From assembly GCA_963719075.1 (NCBI GenBank), contig CAVRAN010000007.1, positions 31,709 through 95,708 on the forward strand: DNA of 64,000 nt, given 5' to 3'. Both the position numbers and the translations under genes were made by a program. Source of the DNA: an uncultured Verrucomicrobiae bacterium. Its GTDB lineage: Bacteria > Verrucomicrobiota > Verrucomicrobiia > Limisphaerales > UBA11358. A model generated the notes under the pieces. That model was not told where the DNA came from. It did not search any database and saw only the letters and a list, made by a program, of their open reading frames with translations. Shown in pieces: positions 9,495 through 19,930 of this stretch (within the stretch, counting starts at the first letter, position 1; each line of letters begins with the position of its first letter).

Positions 9495-11078
9495 TTAGCT
9501 GTGGTAACCTTCTTCGCCGTGTTCCGGAAGGTCGAGACCAGATATTTCAACTTCTTCAGATACACGCAGGCCGACCAATGCCTTAGTGATGTAAGCGATT
9601 ACTATCGTGCCCACAATGAACAATACCAGCGAGACGCCGACAGTTTTTAACTGCTCAATCAATTGCGGCTGGAAGATTTTGTCGGTGACGTATTTACTCA
9701 AGTTGGTCGCCAAGTTTGGGTTGGCAGCCTGACGGGCAAACATGCCGGTCATGATCGCGCCGCACATGCCACCGATGCCGTGGACGCTCCAAGCATCCAG
9801 CGAGTCATCCATGCCGAGCCAGCCTTTGACTTTGTAGCAGAAAAACCACGGAATGGTTCCGGCGGCGATGCCAATCCAAATCGAACCTGACGGAAGGACA
9901 TAACCGCAAGCCGGAGTGATGAGTACTAAGCCCGCCACTGCGCCGGAGCAGAAACCAAGCACGCTCGGTTTGCCTTTGACAACCCATTCCCACATCGGCC
10001 ACACGAATGAGCCTACTGCCGTGGCAATCGTAGTAGTTGTAAAGGCGTTCGCCGCAATCACATCAGCCGCGACCGCGCTGCCGGAGTTGAATCCATACCA
10101 ACCAACCCAGAGCATGGATGCACCAATGTAAGTTAACACTATACTATGCGGTGTGAAGTTTTCTTTGCCGAAGCCAATGCGCTTGCCAAGAATGATGCAC
10201 AGCACTAGACCCGACCAACCGGAAGACATATGCACGACCGTGCCGCCGGCGAAGTCAAGACCGTGAATTGTTGCATTGGCATTCCAACAACCATTCATCA
10301 TACCGTTGACACCCCATACCATGTGACCTTGGGTAAAATACACAATCAGCATCCACAATGTCATGAATACGAGAATAGCTTTGATCTTCATGCGTTCAGC
10401 AATCGAACCAACGATGAGTGCTGGAGTGATTATGGCGAACATCATTTGGAACATGGCATATACGTTTTCCGAAACCCAATAGGAGTAACCCGGATTCGGC
10501 GCGGAAGTGACGTTTGTAAACATCCAGCAGTCCATTGGATTGCCGACGATGCCCTTAATCCAGTCATGAGTCATGCCTAACGGACCGGTGGCCGTGCCGT
10601 CACCGCCGAAGATCATTCCATAACCACAAATGATATACAGAATAGTTACGAGGCCGGTAATCAAGAAACATTGCGCGAGCACGGACAGCACGTTCTTTTT
10701 ACGAACCATACCGCCGTAGAACAGTGCCAGACCGGGCAACGTCATGAACAACACCAGTGCCGTGCTGGCAAGCAGCCACGCATTATGACCGGCTCCTGGA
10801 AAAGATACATAGTTTCCAACGCTATTGATGAGGTTGGTGTTGATGATTGAGGGTCCAAGGCCAAAATTGACTGCCCAGTTGCCATTGGTGTCCCTGTAAG
10901 TTGCAGTTGGGTCGCCGTTTGAAAAATAAGCTTCAATTGATTCAATCCGCTGTTCAGTGGTCGGCGCATTGGTAGTCCAAGCGGCCACGGGAGCGTTCGT
11001 AGTACTATCGGCATGCGTAGAACAGACGCTCAACGCAGCGGTTGTAATCAAAGCTAGTGTCAGTAGATATCGTTTCAT
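9495..11078 (-). CDS. amtB: Ammonium transporter with N-terminal extension
   Basis: PGLALFYGG, FQMMFAIITPAL, DFAGGTVVH, WVGWYGFNSGS, DDSLDAWSVHG, GLDLPEHGE. Confidence 0.95.
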   Translation of the reverse strand: MKRYLLTLALITTAALSVCSTHADSTTNAPVAAWTTNAPTTEQRIESIEAYFSNGDPTATYRDTNGNWAVNFGLGPSIINTNLINSVGNYVSFPGAGHNAWLLASTALVLFMTLPGLALFYGGMVRKKNVLSVLAQCFLITGLVTILYIICGYGMIFGGDGTATGPLGMTHDWIKGIVGNPMDCWMFTNVTSAPNPGYSYWVSENVYAMFQMMFAIITPALIVGSIAERMKIKAILVFMTLWMLIVYFTQGHMVWGVNGMMNGCWNANATIHGLDFAGGTVVHMSSGWSGLVLCIILGKRIGFGKENFTPHSIVLTYIGASMLWVGWYGFNSGSAVAADVIAANAFTTTTIATAVGSFVWPMWEWVVKGKPSVLGFCSGAVAGLVLITPACGYVLPSGSIWIGIAAGTIPWFFCYKVKGWLGMDDSLDAWSVHGIGGMCGAIMTGMFARQAANPNLATNLSKYVTDKIFQPQLIEQLKTVGVSLVLFIVGTIVIAYITKALVGLRVSEEVEISGLDLPEHGEEGYHS

Positions 11079-11117
11079 GGTTTTAATTTTTGAATTGGTT
11101 CACTTCGTTTTCGTTGT

Positions 11118-11462
<345 letters not shown>

Positions 11463-11542
11463 TCATAATTTAAATCCCGCTACGCTTTGCTAGCGGTGTA
11501 TAGTATTCTACTGTCATGGCTGTAACTGACCTACGCTGGCTA

Positions 11543-11558
11543 AGCAATGCCAGTGCCA
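11543..11558 (-). promoter_or_regulatory. sigma54 promoter of glnK-amtB
   Basis: Minus strand TGGCAC-TGGCA-TTGCT, near-consensus. Confidence 0.85.
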
Positions 11559-11752
11559 AACAAAAACACGAAATACAAACCGTCCGAAAAACCATTGAAT
11601 TGTAACGATTTCTCCAAAATCGAAATTTACTACAAATCGTCCTTTCTGTTTTCTTTTGCTCAGGCGATAAAATTTTCGCCATCATTTTAAAATGGGTGTT
11701 GTCCTGTGAATAATTTGTTGAAAACCTCTGGTTGAAGCAGCTATTAGAAAAA

Positions 11753-11829
11753 TGGTCGGAGCGACAGGATTTGAACCTGCGGCGTCTTGCTCCCAAAGCA
11801 AGTGCTCTACCGGGCTGAGCTACGCTCCG
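11753..11829 (-). tRNA. tRNA-Pro(TGG)
   Basis: Reverse complement CGGAGCGTAGCTCAGCCCGGTAGAGCACTTGCTTTGGGAGCAAGACGCCGCAGGTTCAAATCCTGTCGCTCCGACCA; 77 nt. Confidence 0.96.
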
Positions 11830-11941
11830 ACTCACGCACATCATCCCATGAATTTTCGCAGGTGCAATTCCAATCTGAAACAACTTTCATTTGCGATTCG
11901 GTGCTAGACGCTCGCGCGCGTCGTGTTAAGTTATCCCCGTC

Positions 11942-13177
11942 ATGTCAACGGAAGCTCCAGCAGCGCGAAAAAAAATCAACCTTCGCCGCCCCGATATCAT
12001 GGAAGCGGTGCAGGCGCAAGTGCTCTCGCATTATCGGAGCGAACTCGTCGAACGCATTCGCGCTGGAGGCGGCGTCCTTTCCGCCAGCGACCTCACTGTG
12101 AAACTCGCCAAGGAATTCGGCTTCTGCTACGGCGTGGAGCGCGCGATTGATCTCGCCTACGCCGCGCGAAAATATTTTTCCGACGTATCGCCGCACACGC
12201 CGATTTATCTGCTCGGCGAAATCATCCACAATCCCGAAGTCAACGACCAGATTCGCGCCATGGGCATCCAAATTATTTCGCCCAAGCCGACCGACGACGA
12301 AATCGAGCAGTTGCAAGCGGGCGACGCCGTCATCATTCCCGCGTTCGGTACCGAAGTCGGCACGAGGAAAAAACTCGAAGCCAAAGGCTGCGTCCTCGTA
12401 GATACGACTTGCGGTGACGTGATGAGCGTCTGGAAACGTGTGCGTCAGTATTCAAAAGAAAATGTCACGAGCATCATTCACGGCAAAGCCAAGCACGAGG
12501 AAACCAAAGCCACCACTTCGCAAGCCCGCGCTTATGGCAGCGGACATTATCTCGTCGTCTTCACCCTCGCGGAAACCGATTACGTCTGTAACTACATTTT
12601 GAAAGGCGGCGACAAAAACGAATTCCTGGAAAAATTCAAAGGCGCTTATTCCGCCGGTTTTGATCCAGACTTGCATTTGCAAGCCGTCGGCGTGGCGAAC
12701 CAAACCACCATGCTCCGCGGCGAAACCGAGGAAGTCCAGCGCCGCATCAAAAACGCGATGATTCAAAAATACGGCGGGGCCGAGATTGAAAAACACTTCC
12801 GTTTTTTTGACACGATTTGCGGCGCGACGCAGGATCGTCAGGACGCGCTCCAGAAACTTTTGGTTGAGCCGATGAATTTGCTCATTGTCATCGGCGGCTA
12901 CAATTCGTCCAACACCTCGCACCTCGCGGAGATGGGCGAGGCCAAGCTGCCGACCTATTTCATCAAAAACGCAGGCAAAATGGCTTCGGACAAACTCATC
13001 GTCCATTACAACCAGCATTTGCACAAAGAAGTCGAAACCCGCGACTGGCTGCCCTCAGGCAAAATCACCGTCGGCGTCACCGCCGGCGCGTCCTGTCCGA
13101 ACAATTTAATCGAAGACACCATCCGCCGACTCTTTGAACTGCGTGGAATTTCCGTGCAGGAATTGCTGGCAAATTAG
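11942..13177 (+). CDS. ispH: 4-hydroxy-3-methylbut-2-enyl diphosphate reductase (long form)
   Basis: FGFCYGVERA, IIHNP, DTTC, NQTT, DTICGAT, SSNT, TAGASCP. Confidence 0.93.
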   Translation: MSTEAPAARKKINLRRPDIMEAVQAQVLSHYRSELVERIRAGGGVLSASDLTVKLAKEFGFCYGVERAIDLAYAARKYFSDVSPHTPIYLLGEIIHNPEVNDQIRAMGIQIISPKPTDDEIEQLQAGDAVIIPAFGTEVGTRKKLEAKGCVLVDTTCGDVMSVWKRVRQYSKENVTSIIHGKAKHEETKATTSQARAYGSGHYLVVFTLAETDYVCNYILKGGDKNEFLEKFKGAYSAGFDPDLHLQAVGVANQTTMLRGETEEVQRRIKNAMIQKYGGAEIEKHFRFFDTICGATQDRQDALQKLLVEPMNLLIVIGGYNSSNTSHLAEMGEAKLPTYFIKNAGKMASDKLIVHYNQHLHKEVETRDWLPSGKITVGVTAGASCPNNLIEDTIRRLFELRGISVQELLAN

Positions 13178-13194
13178 TTTTTTATTTCTCCAAG

Positions 13195-14355
13195 ATGCCC
13201 CGCACGCGACAGGAACTGGAGCAAATCGAACGGCAAACACTCGCGCCTTATGCGCAATTCAGCGGCGAAACACGTGGCCGCGAATACAAAGAACCGCCGC
13301 CCGAATGGCGCACTCACTATCAGCGCGACCGCGACCGCGTTATCCACTCGCGCGCGTTTCGCCGCCTCGAATACAAGACGCAGGTTTTTCTCAACGGCAC
13401 GGGCGATCATCTTCGCACGCGGCTCACGCACACGATTGAAGTCGCCGCCATTTCGCGAAACATCGCCAGCGCGCTGAAATTAAATTCCGATCTCGCGGAA
13501 ACCATCGCCCTCGCACACGACCTCGGCCATTCGCCTTTCGGTCACAAAGGCGAAACCGTCCTCGCGCGCTTGATGAAAGGCCACGGTGGATTTGAACATA
13601 ATTCTCACAGCCTCCGTATTGTCGAGCAGCTTGAACAAAAATATCCGAATTTCCCTGGCCTCAACCTTTCCTGGGAAGTCCGCGAAGGTTTGGCCAAACA
13701 TCAAACCGCTTATGATCATCCCGGACAACGAAACGGTTTCAACGCAAAAAATTCTTCGCTCGAAGCGCAAATCGCCAATCTCGCCGACGAAATCACTTAT
13801 TACAGTCACGACCTTGACGACGGCTTGGACTCCGAATTGTTGTCCGAAAAAAAGCTCGCCGCCAACGTTCGCGTCTGGGCGCACGCCGCAAGCCTGGTAA
13901 AAAAGGAACACGGCAAGTTGGCCGATGAATGTCGCCGCTATTTCACCATTCGCACGATTATTGACACACAGATTCGTGACGTGGTTGAAAACAGCGAACG
14001 GATCATCCGCGAGACTGGCGTCAATTCAGCCGACGAGGTGCGGTTAAATTCCAAACCACTTATCATTTACAGTGCTGAACGACGCGCACTGAATCTTGAA
14101 TTGCGGAATTACCTCTACAAAAATTTGTATTACAACCCGATCGTCCATCAGCCGAACCTGCGCGCGGTCAAACTGCTCGGTGAATTGTTCAATTATTATC
14201 TGAAGCACCCGAAAGAAATCGGCGAAAGCTCGCGCAAACGCATCAAAAAATTCGGCCTGCACCGCGCCGTGTGCGATTACCTCGCCGGCATGACTGACCG
14301 TTACGTCATGCTCGAATACCAGCGCATCTTCGGCGAAACCTTCAAAGTTGTGTAA
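13195..14355 (+). CDS. dgt: dGTP triphosphohydrolase (HD family)
   Basis: QRDRDRVIHSRAFRRLEYKTQVF, RTRLTH, AHDLGHSPFGH, DYLAGMTD. Confidence 0.93.
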   Translation: MPRTRQELEQIERQTLAPYAQFSGETRGREYKEPPPEWRTHYQRDRDRVIHSRAFRRLEYKTQVFLNGTGDHLRTRLTHTIEVAAISRNIASALKLNSDLAETIALAHDLGHSPFGHKGETVLARLMKGHGGFEHNSHSLRIVEQLEQKYPNFPGLNLSWEVREGLAKHQTAYDHPGQRNGFNAKNSSLEAQIANLADEITYYSHDLDDGLDSELLSEKKLAANVRVWAHAASLVKKEHGKLADECRRYFTIRTIIDTQIRDVVENSERIIRETGVNSADEVRLNSKPLIIYSAERRALNLELRNYLYKNLYYNPIVHQPNLRAVKLLGELFNYYLKHPKEIGESSRKRIKKFGLHRAVCDYLAGMTDRYVMLEYQRIFGETFKVV

Positions 14356-14836
14356 GAATTTCGTCCGACGAAAGTTCGGCAAGCAATTGCGAAACGGTTT
14401 TGGTTTGATTTGGCAAAACCAATTCTGGCGCGATTTCGCCCAACGGCTGCAAAACAAATTTCCGCAGTTGCGCGCGCGGATGCGGCAAAATCAATTCCGG
14501 TGTGTTGCGGGTTTCCGAACCGAACGCGATCAGATCCAAATCTAGCGAACGCGGATCGTTCAAAACTTTTTTCGGCGCGCGGCCAAATTCCATTTCCAAT
14601 TCGCGCAGTTTTTTCAGCAACGACTCCGGCGTTTCACTTTTTTTTGGAATCAAACTAACAGCTGCGTTCACAAATTTCGACGAATCTGCCGGACAATCCA
14701 CCGGCGTCGTCTGCCAAAGCGAAGATTTAAGAATTGGCGCTTTGGAAAAGTTTTGCAGCCGCGCCATCGCGTCCAAAATTATTTTTCGAGAATCGCCGAG
14801 ATTGGATCCCAATGCAATGATTACTGAATTATTCAA
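14342..14836 (-). CDS. folK: 2-amino-4-hydroxy-6-hydroxymethyldihydropteridine diphosphokinase
   Basis: IALGSNLG, PRSLDLDL, LPHPR. Confidence 0.92.
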   Translation of the reverse strand: MNNSVIIALGSNLGDSRKIILDAMARLQNFSKAPILKSSLWQTTPVDCPADSSKFVNAAVSLIPKKSETPESLLKKLRELEMEFGRAPKKVLNDPRSLDLDLIAFGSETRNTPELILPHPRAQLRKFVLQPLGEIAPELVLPNQTKTVSQLLAELSSDEILTQL

Positions 14837-14843
14837 GGTGAAG

Positions 14844-15227
14844 TTATTTATATTCCTTCAGCGCCTTTTCGTAATCTTCAACCCCAACCCATTGTTTGAA
14901 GTAATCTGCGGTTGCTATAAACTCTTCGCGAGGAATCAATTTCGGTAAAATTGGGCGGGTTACTTCGGAATCAAAAAGTTTCTCATAAAAACTCACCGAA
15001 AGCATTGTATAAATATCATTACTTGCACTTTTACCTCGTGGTTGCGCTTTACACCATTTTGTAAAATCAACAATTCGTTCCAAAATTTCCGGTGTAATTT
15101 TTTGAAAGCTTTTTAACCAAAAAACCAAATAATTCATCAACAAATACGGAAGCTCTTCGTCCCCTTCATTAATTTGATTGTGGATTTCGGGGAAGCGTTG
15201 CGTGATTTCATTATATAGTATTTTCAC
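14844..15227 (-). CDS. Hypothetical protein (AT-rich, between dapB and folK)
   Basis: 127-aa ORF that fills the gap exactly on the same strand. Confidence 0.7.
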   Translation of the reverse strand: MKILYNEITQRFPEIHNQINEGDEELPYLLMNYLVFWLKSFQKITPEILERIVDFTKWCKAQPRGKSASNDIYTMLSVSFYEKLFDSEVTRPILPKLIPREEFIATADYFKQWVGVEDYEKALKEYK

Positions 15228-15240
15228 TTCACACTCCGAA

Positions 15241-15975
15241 TTATTTTAATCCCAAAACATCCTGCATATCGTAAAGGCCGGGTTTTTGTTTCACGGCCCA
15301 GAGCGCCGCGCGCAATGCGCCATTGGCGAACGTGTCGCGGCTAGATGCTTTGTGCGTAAGTTTCAGCCGCTCGCCAGTGTTCGCAAAAATGACCGTGTGA
15401 TCGCCGACGACATCGCCGCCGCGAACGGAATGAATTCCGATTTCCGACGCCGTGCGTTCACCGACGATGCCGACGCGTCCATGTCGCACGACTTTGTCGA
15501 GTTGCTGCTTGCGAACCTCAGCCAGAATTTCTGCCAGCGATTTTGCCGTGCCGCTCGGCGCGTCTTTTTTCAGACGATGATGCATTTCGATGATTTCCAG
15601 ATCGAAATCGTTGCCGAGAATTTCTGCGGCTTTGCGCGTGAGCCAGAACAGAGTGTTCACGCCGGTCGAAAAATTTGAGCTCCAGACGATGGGAATTTTC
15701 GCTTTGAATTGCAAAATCGTCTTTTTCTCTGCGTCCGAATGTCCTGTTGTGCCAATAACAATAGTCTTTTTATGCCGTGCGCAAAGACCGGCTATGTCTG
15801 CCGTAGCCGCGTGTGAACTGAAATCAATTAACACATCACAACCCGCAATAACCACTGGCAAATCATCGCCACGGTCAATCGCCGCGATGACTTCCAACTC
15901 GCGAAAGTTTTTCGCGCACGAGACGAGCGCCTGTCCCATGCGGCCTTTCGCGCCGGTGATGATGACTCGCGTCAT
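15241..15975 (-). CDS. dapB: 4-hydroxy-tetrahydrodipicolinate reductase
   Basis: GAKGRMG, IGTTG, EMHHRLKKDAPSGTA. Confidence 0.95.
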   Translation of the reverse strand: MTRVIITGAKGRMGQALVSCAKNFRELEVIAAIDRGDDLPVVIAGCDVLIDFSSHAATADIAGLCARHKKTIVIGTTGHSDAEKKTILQFKAKIPIVWSSNFSTGVNTLFWLTRKAAEILGNDFDLEIIEMHHRLKKDAPSGTAKSLAEILAEVRKQQLDKVVRHGRVGIVGERTASEIGIHSVRGGDVVGDHTVIFANTGERLKLTHKASSRDTFANGALRAALWAVKQKPGLYDMQDVLGLK

Positions 15976-15979
15976 AAAA

Positions 15980-16858
15980 TTATTCCAAAACGCCGCAGCG
16001 TTTCATCGTCGTGCGGAGCACGTCCCAATTCTTCGGGTTCATCGGCACGAGCGGCAGGCGATATTCTTCCTCAATCAGTTTCATCATCGCCAGCGCGGCT
16101 TTCACCGGCGTGGGATTCGTTTCGATAAACAAATCCTTGAACAATGGATAGAATTTCGTGTGAGTTTGCATCGCTTTCCGCGCATCGCCGCGCGCAAACG
16201 CGCTAACCATTTGCGAAACCTCTTTTGGAATCACATTGGACGCGACGCTGATGACGCCGTTTGCACCGACGGTCATGAACGGCAGTGTCAGTGAATCGTC
16301 GCCGCACAAAATTTCAAATTTCGAACCGAGCGCGGCGCGCAATTGCGAAACGCGATCAGGATTGCCGCCGGATTCCTTGATGCCGACGATATTTTTGCAA
16401 TCCGCCGCGAGCCGCTTTACCGTGTCAACGCCGATTTCAACGCCACAGCGTCCCGGAATGCTGTAGAGCACAATGGGTAGCTTGGTATTCTTAGCGATGG
16501 CTTTGAAATGCTGGAACAAGCCTTCTTGCGTCGGTTTGTTGTAATACGGCGCAACCTGAAGCGAACCGTCCGCGCCGACTTTTTCGGCGGCTTGCGTTAA
16601 TTCAATCGCCTCGCGTGTTGCATTTGCACCCGTGCCGGCAAGCACTTTGATTTTTCCGTCGGAAAATTTTACCGCGAGTTCGACGACGCGAATGTGTTCC
16701 GCGCAATCGAGCGTCGGCGATTCGCCGGTTGTGCCGACGGGCACAATGCCGTTCACGCCGCCCTTGATCTGGAATTTAATCAGATTTTCGAGCGCGTCTT
16801 CGTCAATCACGCTGTTTTTGAACGGCGTTACTAATGCTGTGTAAGTTCCCGTAAACAT
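15980..16858 (-). CDS. dapA: 4-hydroxy-tetrahydrodipicolinate synthase
   Basis: Start MFTGTYTALVTPF at 16858; GTTGES, PYYNKP, GIKES, ETNP. Confidence 0.95.
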   Translation of the reverse strand: MFTGTYTALVTPFKNSVIDEDALENLIKFQIKGGVNGIVPVGTTGESPTLDCAEHIRVVELAVKFSDGKIKVLAGTGANATREAIELTQAAEKVGADGSLQVAPYYNKPTQEGLFQHFKAIAKNTKLPIVLYSIPGRCGVEIGVDTVKRLAADCKNIVGIKESGGNPDRVSQLRAALGSKFEILCGDDSLTLPFMTVGANGVISVASNVIPKEVSQMVSAFARGDARKAMQTHTKFYPLFKDLFIETNPTPVKAALAMMKLIEEEYRLPLVPMNPKNWDVLRTTMKRCGVLE

Positions 16859-16986
16859 TTTCAGGCAAACAGCATCGGCGAAACGGATGCTTTTGGCGAG
16901 TCTGATTTTTAAAGAGCGTGTTTCGAAATAAAACGAGCGCCGCCGAAATATCTTGGTCAAAACGCATGGAGTTTTTATAGTGCGGC

Positions 16987-17463
16987 ATGGTTCACGTTGG
17001 CATCGGCTACGACGTTCACGCGCTGGTCGCGGGACGCAAACTCATCCTCGGCGGTGTCGAGATTCCGCACACGAAGGGCCTTGACGGCCATTCAGACGCC
17101 GACGCGCTCATGCACGCCATCTGCGACGCGCTCCTCGGCGCGCTCGGCGAACCGGACATCGGCCATTTTTTCCCGAACACCGACCCGCGCTGGAAAAACG
17201 TGCCGAGCAAGATTTTTCTGGCAGAAGCCGCGCGCATCATTGCGTTGCGAAATGGAAAAATCGTGAACGTGGACGCGACGGTCATCGCGCAGGCGCCGAA
17301 GATTTATCCGCACATCAAGGAAATGAAAATCCGCATCGGCGAAGCGTTGCAAATAAATTTCCAGCACGTTGGCATCAAAGCGACGACGAATGAACTGATG
17401 GGTTTTATCGGTCGCGAAGAAGGCATTGCCGCGATGGCTGTGGCGAGCGTGGATTTGCCGTAG
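16987..17463 (+). CDS. ispF: MECDP synthase
   Basis: GIGYDVH, GHSDAD, DIGHFFP, KATT. Confidence 0.96.
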   Translation: MVHVGIGYDVHALVAGRKLILGGVEIPHTKGLDGHSDADALMHAICDALLGALGEPDIGHFFPNTDPRWKNVPSKIFLAEAARIIALRNGKIVNVDATVIAQAPKIYPHIKEMKIRIGEALQINFQHVGIKATTNELMGFIGREEGIAAMAVASVDLP

Positions 17464-17467
17464 CATC

Positions 17468-17740
17468 ATGGCCGCCAAAGCAGAAATCAGTTGGAAGCGT
17501 GAAACCGAGGACGGCACGAAATTGCAAGTTTATGTGCAACGTGTGAAACGCGAATGGCGTTTCTTCCACCGCGAAAAACGTTACGACCAGTGGCGACCGG
17601 TCGCCGAGCCACCGTTGGAAGACTGGCTGGAATTACTCGACGCGATTCAACGGCTTATCACGCGCCGCCGTTACCAGCCGGACGACGAAGAACGATTGCG
17701 TCACCAAATCCGCGAACGTTTTCCCGAAGCGAGGGTTTGA
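17468..17740 (+). CDS. Small hypothetical protein
   Basis: ATG 4 nt after the ispF stop; MAAKAEISWKRETEDG... Confidence 0.75.
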   Translation: MAAKAEISWKRETEDGTKLQVYVQRVKREWRFFHREKRYDQWRPVAEPPLEDWLELLDAIQRLITRRRYQPDDEERLRHQIRERFPEARV

Positions 17741-17792
17741 GCGGTTGGTAATTTTGCCCTGACAATTCACTCGAGCATCTTTACATTTCGCG

Positions 17793-18569
17793 TTGATGGC
17801 CAGACCGCCTTTGATTCTTGTTTCGCCGAGCATTGAAAAATGCGGCGTTGAGTTTCACGATTTGTCCGTCAGTCTTTCAATCAAATACGAAAATGCAATT
17901 TTGCAATGTGGTGGCATTCCAGTTGCCATGCCAACAACAAATGAACGTGCATTGCTCGCCGAAATCGTTCGTCGCGTGGATGGCATTCTTTTGACCGGCG
18001 GCGACGACATCAATCCCAACCTCTACACGAAATCGCTGCCACGCGCGATTCGCAAAACTATTGAGCAAACTCCCGATGGCGGCGGACGCGATTTGCGAGA
18101 ACTGCTTTTGATCCATGAAGTTTTCCGTCAACACAAGCCCTTACTGGCGATTTGCCGCGGACATCAATTGTTGAACGTTGCGTTGGGGGGCAAATTGATA
18201 GCGGACATTCGCCGGCAGGTTCCCGGCGCGTTGAACCATCAGCGTTTGGACAAGGCGAGCGATTTAGTGCATGATGTGGAATTGACAGCAAATTCGCTGC
18301 TGGGTAAAATCGCTGGCGCGCGGACATTGGGGGTAAACAGTTCGCACCATCAAGCGGTGTTGCGACCAGCCAAACTGTTGGCAGCGACAGCCCGAAGCAG
18401 TGATGGGATTGTGGAAGCGATGGAATTGAAACCAGAAGCGACGCGGTTAATGCCATTTTTATTAAGCGTGCAATTTCATCCTGAGCGGCTCGTGGAGCGA
18501 AATGCAAAACACCGTGCAATTTTTGAACGATTCGTTCATGCTTGCACAAAGAAGATCAATCATAAATGA
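17793..18569 (+). CDS. PuuD-like gamma-glutamyl hydrolase (class I glutamine amidotransferase, peptidase C26)
   Basis: LLTGGDD, AICRGHQ, NSSHHQ, VQFHPE. Confidence 0.88.
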   Translation: MMARPPLILVSPSIEKCGVEFHDLSVSLSIKYENAILQCGGIPVAMPTTNERALLAEIVRRVDGILLTGGDDINPNLYTKSLPRAIRKTIEQTPDGGGRDLRELLLIHEVFRQHKPLLAICRGHQLLNVALGGKLIADIRRQVPGALNHQRLDKASDLVHDVELTANSLLGKIAGARTLGVNSSHHQAVLRPAKLLAATARSSDGIVEAMELKPEATRLMPFLLSVQFHPERLVERNAKHRAIFERFVHACTKKINHK

Positions 18570-19930
18570 AAGGCAAAATTCTCATTGTTGACGACAACGC
18601 CGACTGGCGCAGCTTGCTGAAATTAGAGCTGGCGAAGGAGAATTATCAAATTGCCGAAGCTGGGAATGGCGCGGAACTTAAACGACAATTCTCTCTTGGC
18701 GCGCCGGACGTGGTGTTGCTGGATGTGATATTGGGTGACGCCAACGGCATTGATCTGCTTCCGCAAATAAAAAAAATCTGGCCGGAAACAGAAGTGATAG
18801 TGTTGACGGGAACGCCGGAAGGTGAAGAAATCGTGTCGTGGGCCGTTGAAGCCACCAAGCGCGGCGCGTTCAACTTTTTAAGAAAAGCCGGCAAGTTCGA
18901 CGGCGAAAAACTTCTGGCCGACGTGAAGTGCGCGATTGAGCGCAAATATCAAAGCGAGGAAAATATCACGCTACGCCGCGCGCTGGAAACCATGAGTGGC
19001 GCGGCATCGCCGGTTTTTCGGAGTGCGTCTATGCAAAGTGTTGTGCGCACTGTCGAGCGGATTGCACCCAGTGATGTTTCAGTGCTCATCACCGGTGAGA
19101 GCGGCACGGGCAAAGAAGTGATTTCTGATCTTCTTCATGCACTCAGCCCGCGCAGTAAGGAAAGAATTATCAAAGTGAATTGCGCCGCGCTACCGCGCGA
19201 ATTGATCGAGAGTGAATTATTCGGTTCCGTCAAAGGCGCATTTACCGGCGCGCTGGCCGACCGCGAAGGTTTGTTCCGGCAGGCCGAAGGCGGCACGCTG
19301 CTTCTCGATGAAATTTCCGAGATGTCGGCAGACACGCAAAGTAAATTGTTGCGAGTACTTCAAGATCAGGAAGTTCGTCCTGTCGGCGGCAAGACCAGTT
19401 ACAAAACCAATTGTCGCATAATTGCCGCCACGAATCGCAGACCTGAAGAAGCCATCAAAACGGGCAAGCTGCGCGAAGATTTATTTTATCGCATCAGCGC
19501 AATCACGATTCATCTGCCGCCGTTGCGCGAGCGGCGTGATGACATTATGCCGCTGGCCAATGCTTTTTTGAAACGGTTCGCCGCGCAAGCCAACCGGCTC
19601 ATCAACGGCTTCACTCCGGTCGCAGCGGAACGATTGGCCGGTTTTAACTGGCCCGGAAACGTCCGCCAGTTGCAAAACGAAGTTCAACGCGCTGTGCTTT
19701 TATGCGAGGGAGACACTATTGATGAATCAGACCTTTCCATTGCGGGTGTCACAGAAACTGCAAATGGCAATCACGATGAAAACATCACACTGCTCGAAGG
19801 TGTCGAGCGGAACGCGATTATCCAAATGCTTAAAGAAACTGCTGGAAACAAATTGGAAACCGCTAAACGCCTGGGTATTGGCCGCCAGACACTTTACAAC
19901 AAAATCAAGTCATATGGCATTGAAGCATAA
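18566..19930 (+). CDS. sigma54-dependent response regulator (NtrC family)
   Basis: Receiver domain, GESGTGKE, ESELFG..KGAFTGA, WPGNVRQL, Fis-type HTH. Confidence 0.93.
   Translation: MKGKILIVDDNADWRSLLKLELAKENYQIAEAGNGAELKRQFSLGAPDVVLLDVILGDANGIDLLPQIKKIWPETEVIVLTGTPEGEEIVSWAVEATKRGAFNFLRKAGKFDGEKLLADVKCAIERKYQSEENITLRRALETMSGAASPVFRSASMQSVVRTVERIAPSDVSVLITGESGTGKEVISDLLHALSPRSKERIIKVNCAALPRELIESELFGSVKGAFTGALADREGLFRQAEGGTLLLDEISEMSADTQSKLLRVLQDQEVRPVGGKTSYKTNCRIIAATNRRPEEAIKTGKLREDLFYRISAITIHLPPLRERRDDIMPLANAFLKRFAAQANRLINGFTPVAAERLAGFNWPGNVRQLQNEVQRAVLLCEGDTIDESDLSIAGVTETANGNHDENITLLEGVERNAIIQMLKETAGNKLETAKRLGIGRQTLYNKIKSYGIEA

Noticed and set aside
11753-11829. tRNA-Pro as an integration site for the nitrogen cluster
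   Set aside because: No duplicated tRNA 3' end and no integrase seen.
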